From: Nitrospirota bacterium
GTDB lineage: Bacteria; JACPQY01
Length of the DNA: 50,627 nucleotides
Assembly: GCA_016180645.1 (NCBI GenBank)
Contig: JACPAV010000002.1
Location: 124,001 to 174,627, forward strand
Reading direction: 5' to 3'
The number at the start of each line of letters is the position of its first letter. Within the stretch, counting starts at the first letter, position 1. The notes under the pieces are model-generated. The model saw only the letters and a program-made list of their open reading frames with translations. It did not search any database and was not told the DNA's origin. Shown piece after piece: positions 24,915 through 34,390 of the stretch. Made by a program: the position numbers and the translations under genes.

Positions 24915-25897
24915 CCGACAGCTCCGGTCCTTTCTCGGAGACGATGCTGGGGTCCGCCCAGATCCTGACCGAGGCGGGCCTGGCGGAGGCCGTCGAAATC
25001 GGATATGAGTCCAGCTTCAAGCATCCCTACTATCGCAGCCTTGAAGATCCCGAGGAGTACCGGGATGCCCTTCGGAGACTCGAGGAGGCGGACGTCCTGC
25101 TCTGTTCACCCACCCTTCCCGAGAACCTCCCTCCTTTCGGCCCGAGGAAGTGGTCGGAACTCCTGGTCGGGAAGCGCCTGGGTCTCTGCGTTATCGACTA
25201 CTTTGATCTGACCGCACAACTCATCTCGAAGGAGCAGGCCAAAGAATTTGTCGGAAGGGGCGGTTTCGTCTGCCAAATTCATTCCTCTACGCCCGGCATC
25301 GATCTCATCGACCCCGCGCGTCGCCTCACGTACCCGATCCTTTGGCCGGACCCTCTCCGAGGGCGTCCGGATCTCCAGTCGCTGTTGGACCGTTCCCCAA
25401 ACGAGGGCCCCGTCGTCATCGCCACCATCGGGTTGGATCCCCTCCGGCGCGGACACTGGACATTGGACGGGCCCATCCAGAGAATCCAGGCCGACGGCAT
25501 CGCCGTGGACCGGACTCGGCTGTTCGGCGTTCCCATATCCAAGATCTTCCCCCAACTCCTGCAGTGCGATCTTCTCTTCGACCGACTGACCGCGAACCAC
25601 TACCTACCGACTTCGACCGTCTATCTGACCGCCTTCGGCAGGCCCATGCTCATGTCCCACCCGAGCGAGAACCTCATAAACATCATGAAGACCCAGAGTG
25701 CGGATTGGCACCCGTGGATCGCCTTTGAACCAGGCGGCCTTGAGAGTGTCCTTCGTGACCTGGTCCGGGATGCGCGGAAACGGGAAGAGATTGGCCGACG
25801 CACTCGGAAGTGGTTTCAGGATTTTGTGTGCGGAGGCGCGGGGATGCACGCCTTTGTGGCCGGCTTGGGAAGAATGCCCGTCTACGAACCGCGATGA
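24893..25897 (+). CDS. Hypothetical protein, possible divergent GT-B glycosyltransferase
   Basis: Co-oriented and overlapping its neighbours. The C-terminal LRDLVRDARKREEIGRRTRKW helix resembles GT4 ends. Confidence 0.5.
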   Translation: MRIVFLLADSSGPFSETMLGSAQILTEAGLAEAVEIGYESSFKHPYYRSLEDPEEYRDALRRLEEADVLLCSPTLPENLPPFGPRKWSELLVGKRLGLCVIDYFDLTAQLISKEQAKEFVGRGGFVCQIHSSTPGIDLIDPARRLTYPILWPDPLRGRPDLQSLLDRSPNEGPVVIATIGLDPLRRGHWTLDGPIQRIQADGIAVDRTRLFGVPISKIFPQLLQCDLLFDRLTANHYLPTSTVYLTAFGRPMLMSHPSENLINIMKTQSADWHPWIAFEPGGLESVLRDLVRDARKREEIGRRTRKWFQDFVCGGAGMHAFVAGLGRMPVYEPR

Positions 25898-27399
25898 ATC
25901 TGGCCGTTCTTCTGACCGCTCCACCCCCAGGCAAGGGCAGCAAAGAAGTTGCAGCCTCCCTGCGGTCGCTGACCCTCGGCTCGGAAAACGGCGCATCCAT
26001 CCGAGTGAGAAAGATCCTGTTCGCCGCTGGAAACGCCCTCCGACCGAAGCCGTCCGACGCCGTGGCGGTGGAGTGCGACTCCCTGCTTCAAGATTTCGAA
26101 CTGCCCGCATCGTGCAGCCGCCTGTGGGAGAACCTATCTGCCGTGCCGGACATCGATCTCTTCCTGGTCCTCCAAGCGGGCCAGACCCTCGTCCCGTACT
26201 GGCGGGACCAACTTCCAGCCTCGTCAGGCCGACTCCCCGAGGCGGACGCCCTGACCGGCGTCTATTTCGTTCGACACCCAGGACTCGGACAGAGAGTCGT
26301 GGGTCAACGGCCCGCTACGCTGCCCTTCCCTCCAATCACAGAGAAAGGGGAATGTCTCCCCTTCTTCCTGACCCGAAAAGGCCTCCGGCGCCTTCAGACG
26401 ACACCGCACCCCTCCGATCATCATCCTCTGTTCGCCCCCTGCTATCACAGGCGCATCCTCTGGGGCCGGATGGGAACCCTGCCCATCGGATTCGTTTTCT
26501 GGAACGGGCCTCTCGAGGTTTTCGGCCGGCTTTCGGCGGGGAGGTCCGCCGACGACCAGCTCAATCGAATCATCCGATCGGGCGTCCGACACTTCATCGG
26601 CAAGAATCCCGCACGGGCTCACAAGACCTTCCTGCAAACCAACGGGGTGTTCAAGTACGGCCGGCGGGAGAAATTGCACCCCTACGGATGGATCTTCGAG
26701 AAGTTTCACCACAATCTCCATCGAGCGCACACTGAGATGGACTTGGGAAATTGGGAGGAAGCGCACCATCTGTTTTCATCGGGACTGGTCACGTGCGGCA
26801 TGCTTCAGCATTGCGTGGAGGTGGTTGAGACATTCGATCTCTGCTTGCGCGTCCGCGGTTGGACCGATATGGCCATAGCCTTTCGTGAGGAATATTTCTT
26901 TCGGCTCCCGCTCGTTGTCCGCCGGTATCCGATCGACCACTTCCCACGGCTGAGCGTGACATCCCTTCCACACCCGTTCGTCCTCCAGGGCCAGATCCGT
27001 GACATGCTGAGGCATGCGGGAAGCCTGGCGGCCCTTACGAAACACCTTGTCAGAACGGTCCATCGGTTGCCGGAGCCGCGGAGGCATCAGATTGCATTTC
27101 GTTGCGCCGGATCCGAAGCCAAGCGACTGCTGGAATCCACGGGGAACGTCATCCCGGCGGACGTTCCCATCGGGGATTCAAATGAGGCAAAACGGTCGGA
27201 CACGATTTGCGGGCATCCCGTCCTTTCCCCCGAAGAAGCCCTGGCCCACAATCCGAGTCTGATCGTCTACCTTACCCCCGGGCTGCCGAACGATTTGGCG
27301 GCAGAAATCGTCCGAAATCTGAAGGCCGGAAGACAGGTCTGGCACCCCCTGCTCGTCGACTGTTCCGAGGCCCTTCGCCCCCGAAAGCCGCTCCGCTAA
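25894..27399 (+). CDS. Hypothetical protein (degenerate GT-like N-terminus, TPR-like middle, C-terminal ICGHPVLSPEE Rossmann-like segment)
   Basis: The ATG at 25894 overlaps the upstream TGA. It is a long ORF at the end of the operon. Confidence 0.5.
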   Translation: MNLAVLLTAPPPGKGSKEVAASLRSLTLGSENGASIRVRKILFAAGNALRPKPSDAVAVECDSLLQDFELPASCSRLWENLSAVPDIDLFLVLQAGQTLVPYWRDQLPASSGRLPEADALTGVYFVRHPGLGQRVVGQRPATLPFPPITEKGECLPFFLTRKGLRRLQTTPHPSDHHPLFAPCYHRRILWGRMGTLPIGFVFWNGPLEVFGRLSAGRSADDQLNRIIRSGVRHFIGKNPARAHKTFLQTNGVFKYGRREKLHPYGWIFEKFHHNLHRAHTEMDLGNWEEAHHLFSSGLVTCGMLQHCVEVVETFDLCLRVRGWTDMAIAFREEYFFRLPLVVRRYPIDHFPRLSVTSLPHPFVLQGQIRDMLRHAGSLAALTKHLVRTVHRLPEPRRHQIAFRCAGSEAKRLLESTGNVIPADVPIGDSNEAKRSDTICGHPVLSPEEALAHNPSLIVYLTPGLPNDLAAEIVRNLKAGRQVWHPLLVDCSEALRPRKPLR

Positions 27400-27438
27400 G
27401 TACCCGAACGGAAGTCTTTGGAGATGCTCACCCCGTTC

Positions 27439-27498
27439 GCGGAGCCTGAAGGCTCCGCTTCGGATAGGACGATTTGTAGCAGAGCCTTTAGGCTCTGC
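27439..27498. repeat. GTAG-type REP doublet between convergent genes
   Basis: GCGGAGCC-tgaa-GGCTCCGC(TTC) followed by GTA-GCAGAGCC-ttta-GGCTCTGC. Confidence 0.7.
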
Positions 27499-27537
27499 AA
27501 GTGGATGTGCACAAAGGATCCGCCGCCGTTCCGAGAC

Positions 27538-28830
27538 TCACCGAAGCAACTCCGCATTTTCTCTGAGAAAGGTCGTGCCGATTCGCGCGGGGTGATCCCG
27601 ACAGGGATGACCGGCCGGGAAGATCGCGCGGAAGGACCTGCGGAGATCTTCCTCCTGTTCGGTGGTTCTCCAGGCGCCGTCCAGTCGGTCGATCATCTCT
27701 TGAACCACGGCCAAGATCTCCTCCGGGGTATTCTGGACCACCTCGACCCCTGCCTTGACGTAGTCTTGGGTGTACTGCCAGTTATCGGCGCCCAGACGCA
27801 CCATCTCTCGAAAGGTCAGAAACCGCTTTTCCATGATGGACCAAAGTTTCTTCGGAACGAACAGGTCCTTCGAACCCACCGGTACGAATCGCAAGGGAAC
27901 CACGTTCGTCTTGACGGTGGGCACATTGAAAATGTAGGAGATGCAGATGATACCCGACTCACTGCCCAGGAAAAACCGGCATTTGGCGGCGAGGTAGATA
28001 TCTCCGAAATCGGTCCGCCCGCGGTTGGCGTAGTCGAAAACATGCTCTTGGCCCGGCGGCAGGGAACCTTCGACCACGTAGCCGACCCGAATCGCCTGAT
28101 GCCCTTTCCCCGTCAGAAACTTCGCCGCAGGAAAGAAGTGGCTCAAGTCACAGTCTCGGTAGTCGTGGTAGCTCCACTCCGCGCGAGACTTGTACGGATG
28201 GATCTTGTCCAGGTACGCCTTGTCGCGAGCGTGGACACAGACAAAGGGGACATCGGGAGCCGCTCCCATGTTCGCCAGCGTCTCTCTCCCTCGTCTTTCT
28301 TCCTCCGCGGTGAACGAAAGCTGGGGGACGGACCCGTGGAACTCGTGCAACCAACTGTCAAAAGGCCTGAAATGATCAACCCAGCCGTTCCATGATCGGA
28401 ACGGGGAAAGCAGCGGATCGTGTCGCATCGCCTCGTACACTTGAACGAGGAAGGGGCTCTCCACGACAGGCAGCTTTCGCTTGATCATGGCCAACAACTG
28501 GCGGTTGGAAGGCTCACGGGTCACGAAGACGTAGCGGCCCCTGTTCCATTCCTTTCCCGAAGCTTTCCTTCTTAGGAAGAGCTCCGTCACCGTTGCGAAG
28601 GGGCCGATCCTGCCCGAAGGGATTTTGCCGATTCTCAAGTCCACGAACCATCGTACCGCGCTGAACCCCAGTCGGCCCACCAGGCCCACCGCCAAGTACA
28701 GCGGGCGCATGGGGGGCCAGAGGCCACAGCGCCAGCAAGCCCTGCGAATCCTCCACAGAAGGGACGGCGGTTGAGCCGCCTTGAACGCCTGATATCCCCT
28801 GCGGATGCTCCCGAGCGGAAATCGGCTCAT
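27538..28830 (-). CDS. Putative glycosyltransferase, TIGR04372-like
   Basis: GRIG, VCVHARDKAYL, HDYRDCD, DIYLAAKCRFFLGSESG and NTPEEILAVVQEM, recognised from memory of this family. Confidence 0.75.
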   Translation of the reverse strand: MSRFPLGSIRRGYQAFKAAQPPSLLWRIRRACWRCGLWPPMRPLYLAVGLVGRLGFSAVRWFVDLRIGKIPSGRIGPFATVTELFLRRKASGKEWNRGRYVFVTREPSNRQLLAMIKRKLPVVESPFLVQVYEAMRHDPLLSPFRSWNGWVDHFRPFDSWLHEFHGSVPQLSFTAEEERRGRETLANMGAAPDVPFVCVHARDKAYLDKIHPYKSRAEWSYHDYRDCDLSHFFPAAKFLTGKGHQAIRVGYVVEGSLPPGQEHVFDYANRGRTDFGDIYLAAKCRFFLGSESGIICISYIFNVPTVKTNVVPLRFVPVGSKDLFVPKKLWSIMEKRFLTFREMVRLGADNWQYTQDYVKAGVEVVQNTPEEILAVVQEMIDRLDGAWRTTEQEEDLRRSFRAIFPAGHPCRDHPARIGTTFLRENAELLR

Positions 28831-29432
28831 GGTGTGCTCTCGGATCGAGAGGGAAACGGGACTCCCGCCGCAGGGCGGCCACCCGCTCCTGCTTTCACCG
28901 GGGGCGACAAGTCGGCTACTCTCAAGATGTGGTCGACCGCCGCGGAGAGGTCCGGAACATGACGATCCGCCCCAAGGGCGCCGCTATAGTCCCGCTCGAT
29001 GAGAACTGTAGTGCAACCGGCCGAACGCCCCGCGCCGATATCTCTCCATCGATCGCCGATGAGGAAAGACCGGCGGCAATCAAGATCCCAGCAGCGCGCA
29101 GCCTGATGGAGAAGACCCGGTCGGGGCTTGTGACAGACACATCCCTGCGACGGTTCATGCGGGCACACATAGATACCGTCAACGGACAACTCCTTTTCCA
29201 GTCGGCGGTGCATCTGATGGAGAATTTCCGGGTCCAGCTCGCCTCTTGCGAGTTCCGGCTGGTTCGTGACCACCAGGGCGAGAAATCCCGCTCGCCGGAT
29301 TCGGGCCACTTCTTCCTTCGCGCCGGCCACCAGAACAAACTCTTCCAGCGTCAACGGGGCGGAAGGCCGGCCCCGCCGAAAAACGGGCTCAATCAGCACC
29401 CCGTCCCGGTCAAAGAACACCGCTCTTTTCAT
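28827..29432 (-). CDS. gmhB: HAD-IIIA phosphatase, D,D-heptose-1,7-bisphosphate phosphatase-like
   Basis: AVFFDRDGVL, VVTNQP, CPH...CVCHKPRPG and IGDRWRDI. Confidence 0.85.
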   Translation of the reverse strand: MKRAVFFDRDGVLIEPVFRRGRPSAPLTLEEFVLVAGAKEEVARIRRAGFLALVVTNQPELARGELDPEILHQMHRRLEKELSVDGIYVCPHEPSQGCVCHKPRPGLLHQAARCWDLDCRRSFLIGDRWRDIGAGRSAGCTTVLIERDYSGALGADRHVPDLSAAVDHILRVADLSPPVKAGAGGRPAAGVPFPSRSESTP

Positions 29433-29516
29433 GATATTCGATGAAAGGGGGCCGTCATGCCTCATTCGCGGCCGGCGGTCGGACGTTCCCTCGTGTTCGG
29501 ACCATCGTGGCCGCGC

Positions 29517-30392
29517 TCAGGAACGACCGTTCAGGAGGTTGAGCCGCCGGCGCACATTCTCATCAGGCAGGCTGGAGAGATCGAGTCGTCGCATGGAGTA
29601 GATCTCCGACTTGTTGATTTCCGGAATCAGAGTCGAAAACTCCGGACTGGCCCAGGGGTCATGACGCGCGCTGATGGTTTTTCCCGTCAATCCCCGCGCC
29701 TGTTCCGATAGAAGGTACCGGACGCATTCAACCGGAACCTGCATCGGAACCGACCCCTCACGCAGTTTCTTTTCCGTTTCGTCGTACTGCGGGCCGGCCC
29801 GCTCCCGCCCTGCCCGCAAAGTGCGTTCGTGAATTTCCGTGGCCACGAATCCCGGGGCCACGGCATTGACGGCGATGCCCCTGGGCGCCAGCTCCGCCGC
29901 CACGTTCTCCGTCAGGCGGATGACGGCCGCTTTCGAGGCCGCGTAGGCGCTGTAGTTGGGGAAGGGATGGAAGGCCCCCCCCCCGGAGAAGTTGATGATC
30001 CGCGGCGATCTCTCCCGAACCATGAGAGGAACCGTGTGTTTGATCATGAAGAAGGTCCCGAAGAGATTGACTTCAAATGTTCTCGTCCACTCCTCCGATT
30101 CCACCGAAATCGCCGGGCCGATGGCCCCGAACCCGCCCGCGCAATTGATCAGCGCGTCCACCCAGGCCGTGTGTTTTCGGATCTCCTCCGCGAGGGTCTT
30201 GACCTGCGGCTCGCGCGAGACGTCACAGACAAAAGCCGTGGTACCGGGGAGGCCCCGGACGACCTCCTCCAACCGATTCACCCGCCGCGCGCACAGGTAG
30301 AGGACGTGGCCGTCGGCGGCCAGCGACCGGGCAAGCGCCGCGCCAATTCCGGAACTTGCGCCGGCGATCACGATGTGACGGCGATCAGACAC
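29517..30392 (-). CDS. Short-chain dehydrogenase/reductase
   Basis: AGASSGIG, INCAG, FSGGGA, YAASK and VAPGFV. GTG start at 30392. Confidence 0.88.
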   Translation of the reverse strand: MSDRRHIVIAGASSGIGAALARSLAADGHVLYLCARRVNRLEEVVRGLPGTTAFVCDVSREPQVKTLAEEIRKHTAWVDALINCAGGFGAIGPAISVESEEWTRTFEVNLFGTFFMIKHTVPLMVRERSPRIINFSGGGAFHPFPNYSAYAASKAAVIRLTENVAAELAPRGIAVNAVAPGFVATEIHERTLRAGRERAGPQYDETEKKLREGSVPMQVPVECVRYLLSEQARGLTGKTISARHDPWASPEFSTLIPEINKSEIYSMRRLDLSSLPDENVRRRLNLLNGRS

Positions 30393-31695
30393 GCCCCTCA
30401 CCCATCGCAATCAACTCAAATCCGTTCCGCCGCGCCTCGGCCCGCTTGAGAATCCCCACGCAGTCGATGATGAGCCGGCGTCGCATCCTCCGGCCGACGG
30501 CGGCATAGTCGGTGGCGACAAACTCATCCCAATCACAGGTCACCAGCAGGCAGTCCGCTCCTTCAACAACACCCAAAGCATCACGCTCAACCGCCAGGCC
30601 TTCGAAACCGCCGGGAAGGCCCGCCACCGGATCGTATACTCGAAGTTCCGCCCGGCCTTGTAAATCATGGAGAACCCGGACGGCAAAAGAATTCCGCGTC
30701 GATTGGGTATTCTTCTTGTAAGCCAAACCCCATACGCCGATCTTGGGAGGGGAGGCGTGCGGAAAGACGCGCGCGCTCAATTGCCTGTGTACCCACCGAT
30801 ATCGATCCCGATTGTGGTCCAGGATGCAGCGAACCAGGCCCGTTTCGACTCCGTTCTCCCGGCTCGCGGTTTCCAGTCGGGACAGATCCCGTTCGATATT
30901 CCCTCCGGCAATGCCGAGACTCGGTCGAAGGTAGGCGTGGGGGCCGATCCGACGGTCGGATCTGAGAACCGCGATGACGTCCTGCATGCTGGCTCCCGTC
31001 GCCTCGCAAAGGTCTGCCATGTGATTGGAAAAAGTGACCGAAAGGGCGAGGAAGTAGTTGACGGCCGCCTTCGACAACTCGGCGCTTTCGTAGGACATGA
31101 CTTGGACCGGGCAAGCGAAGTGCGACACAATGGATTGCAACCGCTGAGGCAACGCCTCATCGGGGTGCTCACAACCCAAGAGGACCCGTTCCGGACGGAG
31201 ACTCCGTTCCACAGCTTGTCCGATTACCAAAGTCTCCACCCAATTGAACAGTTCAAAGGTGAGACCGGGTCTGGACGCGCAAATGGTATCCTTGAGTTCA
31301 CGCGTGTAGCCCGTGGGAACCTGACTCATCAGAAGAAGCAGGGTTCCGTCGGCAAGTTGAGGGATGACCTTGACCACCAGTTCATCAAGTTTGGAGAGGG
31401 CCGAATGGGAATCGGGGCCGCTCCCGGTGTCCAGGGAGAGAACGACCGTCCCGCAACTCTGGATGGACTCGAAGGCGGAGAGAAGGGGAAACCTCTCCCG
31501 GCTCTTGTCCCACAATTCCTGAAGGCCCGGTTCATGAATCGGGAATCGCCCCGCCTTGAGATCCGAGATGAGGTCCGCGTCTGAATCGACGGCCACGATG
31601 CTCATTTCCAAAGACGACCAGCAGACAGACGAGACCAGGCCCAAATGAGAAAGCCCCACGAAGGCAATCCGCTCTTCTGCGCGAGCTCGCGTCAT
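30385..31695 (-). CDS. UDP-glucose/GDP-mannose dehydrogenase homologue lacking the catalytic Cys
   Basis: PIHEPGL, SAELSKAAVN, DRRIG, WGLAYKKNT...RNS and YDP. The GGxC loop reads GIAGGNIERD. The ATG at 31695 overlaps the upstream stop. Confidence 0.85.
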   Translation of the reverse strand: MTRARAEERIAFVGLSHLGLVSSVCWSSLEMSIVAVDSDADLISDLKAGRFPIHEPGLQELWDKSRERFPLLSAFESIQSCGTVVLSLDTGSGPDSHSALSKLDELVVKVIPQLADGTLLLLMSQVPTGYTRELKDTICASRPGLTFELFNWVETLVIGQAVERSLRPERVLLGCEHPDEALPQRLQSIVSHFACPVQVMSYESAELSKAAVNYFLALSVTFSNHMADLCEATGASMQDVIAVLRSDRRIGPHAYLRPSLGIAGGNIERDLSRLETASRENGVETGLVRCILDHNRDRYRWVHRQLSARVFPHASPPKIGVWGLAYKKNTQSTRNSFAVRVLHDLQGRAELRVYDPVAGLPGGFEGLAVERDALGVVEGADCLLVTCDWDEFVATDYAAVGRRMRRRLIIDCVGILKRAEARRNGFELIAMGEGRV

Positions 31696-32738
31696 TCGGT
31701 CTCCCGGCATTCTGCGAAGCGCGCAGCCTGCTCGGCCAGACGATGGAGGCTCGACGAGATGCGCCAGTCGCCGTCCAGGCTGGTGTGGCCCTCCTGCACG
31801 CGCCGCTCGAACTCCTTGATATCCAGTTCCCAAGTCGGATCCTCCATTTCGATCCTGTCCGTCGTCTCGACCGGCCTGCCGCTGGGGAGGACCCGACGGT
31901 GAAGCTCGAACGTCGCGGCCCCCCATTTGGTCAACCCCGCCGCATGGAGGGAACCCTTTTCCCCGTAGACGTCCACGCGGAATGTGTTTTTCCACATGAT
32001 GTTCGCGCATTCGAAGAAAAATCTCCGGTCCGGCGTCGCAAAGAGACAGTAGTCGTATGCCTTGGATTCCAACCTGCGGGCGTCCACCAAGCGGAACCGT
32101 GTGTCCTGGATTCCGAACAAATAGCCGGCCAGATCGATCAGATGAGACCCGAGGTCTTCGATCACTCCGTAGCCCGACTCCCGCCAGGTGCCCAACCAGT
32201 TCCGAACCGTCCCGTTCCCGTACTGTATCCGCGCGTGGTAGATCTCTCCCAACGTGGATTCGTCCAACTTTCGTTTGAGCAGCCGGATGTGCGGCTCAAA
32301 GCGATGGTTGTAGGAGGTGTACCATACGCAGCCGGACTGGGAGGCCAGGGCCGCTGTGGAGCGTGCGATTTCCAAATCCGGAAACACCAGCGGTTTTTCC
32401 ACAAGCACATGCTTCCTCCTCGCCAGGCATTCCCGAAGAAGCTTCAGCTTCTCTCCGTTCGGAACGCAGAGGATCACCGCATCGTATCCGGCGTCCGGCG
32501 CCTGCTCGATTCCTCGGTGGTCCGCCTCCCGATTTTCCGGGTCCACGGTCGCCACGCATGCGCGGCCGAGAATTCGACGCCGCTTCCCGCCCAAATGGCC
32601 CAACCCAACCAGAAGATATCTCAGCCGGAACGGGTTCAGATGGACCTCCGCCGGACCGGCGCGATTCCCCAACCGGTTCGCTCCCGTACGGGGTTCCCCT
32701 GGGGCGGAATTCACAAGGCTCCTCTGCTCCCCGACCAC
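31692..32738 (-). CDS. Gfo/Idh/MocA family oxidoreductase (true start probably further downstream)
   Basis: LVGLGHLG, HVLVEKP, YNHRFEP and GVIEDLGSHLID. Confidence 0.85.
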   Translation of the reverse strand: MVGEQRSLVNSAPGEPRTGANRLGNRAGPAEVHLNPFRLRYLLVGLGHLGGKRRRILGRACVATVDPENREADHRGIEQAPDAGYDAVILCVPNGEKLKLLRECLARRKHVLVEKPLVFPDLEIARSTAALASQSGCVWYTSYNHRFEPHIRLLKRKLDESTLGEIYHARIQYGNGTVRNWLGTWRESGYGVIEDLGSHLIDLAGYLFGIQDTRFRLVDARRLESKAYDYCLFATPDRRFFFECANIMWKNTFRVDVYGEKGSLHAAGLTKWGAATFELHRRVLPSGRPVETTDRIEMEDPTWELDIKEFERRVQEGHTSLDGDWRISSSLHRLAEQAARFAECRETE

Positions 32739-32749
32739 CCCTGAGCGGG

Positions 32750-34378
32750 CTACAGCGGCTGGGCCGCGCGGGGCTTGGGCATGCCCGCTTCAAGGCTGCC
32801 CGGTGGCGCCAAGGGCGCCGGTTTTCGCCGCGCGCTCCTGCGCGCCCCCCAGCCGGCCATCTCCTGGGCCGATTGGAGCCTGGCCATGACGCCGGGCGTA
32901 TCGATCGGAATATTGCCTTCCTGTTCACAAGCCACCGCGGCCGCCAAGCTCCCCAGGATGGCGGCCTGAACGATATCGCCCGTTCGCGCCAACACCAGGC
33001 TGGCCGTGGCGAGCAGGGCATCGCCCGCGCCCACGGCGTCCACCAAGCGCTCCACAAAGGTGTCAAGGTGAAAGAAACTGCGTGGACTGCTTTTCGGGCT
33101 GCGATAGGCCAGGATTCCACGCGCCCCCAATTTCAGAAGTACGAATCGGGCCCGGGCGGCCGTCATGAGTCGCTGGGCGAGGGATCGCACACCCGAATCT
33201 TGGTCGCCCAGGGCGAACCGGGCCTCGTGCTCATTGGGCGTGATGAGGTCGAACCCCTTGAAGTCGAGGATGTTTCCCCATCGGCTGCTCACTTGGCTGT
33301 CTGCCACTTTCAACGATCCGGGCGGAATGGCCTCCGTGAGTATCTTCACCGAGTCGCTGTGGAAGAGGCCGTGTCGGAAATCGCTGAACACAACCAAGTC
33401 CGAGGGAAGATTCCGAATGAAACCCTGGATGACCTCGATTTGTCTGGCGGCCAACGGGCTGTTGTCCAGGGTATCCACCTGAAGCAGTTTGTAGTTTCCC
33501 GCCCAAAAACGCTCTTTCAGGATGGTCGGCCGATGGGACTCTCGAACCGCGTTGACGTGGACGCCCGAGGATTTCAGGTCTTCCATCGCCATTTCGGCGA
33601 GCGAATCCTCCCCCAGAACGGTCGTAAGCGTCACCTCCGCTCCCAAGCTCCGGAGGTGCTTCGCGACAATACCCGCCCCCCCGACGAACGTCTTGGATTG
33701 CTCCAATCGAACGCTGAAGGTCGGAGTCTTCGTGGCAGGGCCAAGGAGAGCGCAGTAAGAGTACTTGTCCACGATGGTGTCCCCTACGACGTGAACGTTC
33801 ACGCCGGCCAAACTTTCCAGAGTCTTGCGGAGCCGCCCAAACGCGACCCCCTCGGCCTCCATGAGGGTGCCCAGCTTCTCCAATGTCAGGCGGGGCTTGT
33901 GTTGCGCCAGAATTTTTGTCGATGAATAGACGACGTCTCCCGGGGAGAAGATGAACTTCCCCCCATAGCTCGATACCACCTCGATCTCCTTTTGGGTCTT
34001 GGGATGCACGCCGGCCGCGGAGTATTCGTACCCCTTGACAAAACAATCGGGCTGGAGACTCCTGATGTTTTCCAGCGGCTCCGGACGAAAATCCACGATC
34101 ACATAATCGACAACCTCCAACGCAGCGAGATTGGCGGCGCGCAACTCGTGCGGAACGTAGGGCCGGCCTTCACCTTTGTCGATGAATTCGTCCGAAGTCA
34201 CGCTTGCAACCAAAATATCCCCGTGGGTCTTGGCGTAGAGCAGGTGACGGATATGTCCGGGGTGAACGATGTCGAAGGCGCCGTGACACATCACCACCGT
34301 CTGCGTCCGAGGACGGGGACCGATGACGGCACGCAGTTCCTCGACGGTCTTGATCTTGTGCTTGTATGGGTCGAACAT
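32750..34378 (-). CDS. Bifunctional nucleotidyltransferase / PfkB sugar kinase (HldE/RfaE-like, reversed domain order)
   Basis: N-terminal CHGAFDIVHPGH (HxGH) and YSST. C-terminal VGGAG, TPNEHEAR and DAVGAGD. Confidence 0.88.
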   Translation of the reverse strand: MFDPYKHKIKTVEELRAVIGPRPRTQTVVMCHGAFDIVHPGHIRHLLYAKTHGDILVASVTSDEFIDKGEGRPYVPHELRAANLAALEVVDYVIVDFRPEPLENIRSLQPDCFVKGYEYSAAGVHPKTQKEIEVVSSYGGKFIFSPGDVVYSSTKILAQHKPRLTLEKLGTLMEAEGVAFGRLRKTLESLAGVNVHVVGDTIVDKYSYCALLGPATKTPTFSVRLEQSKTFVGGAGIVAKHLRSLGAEVTLTTVLGEDSLAEMAMEDLKSSGVHVNAVRESHRPTILKERFWAGNYKLLQVDTLDNSPLAARQIEVIQGFIRNLPSDLVVFSDFRHGLFHSDSVKILTEAIPPGSLKVADSQVSSRWGNILDFKGFDLITPNEHEARFALGDQDSGVRSLAQRLMTAARARFVLLKLGARGILAYRSPKSSPRSFFHLDTFVERLVDAVGAGDALLATASLVLARTGDIVQAAILGSLAAAVACEQEGNIPIDTPGVMARLQSAQEMAGWGARRSARRKPAPLAPPGSLEAGMPKPRAAQPL

Positions 34379-34390
34379 GATGGCCTCCTC

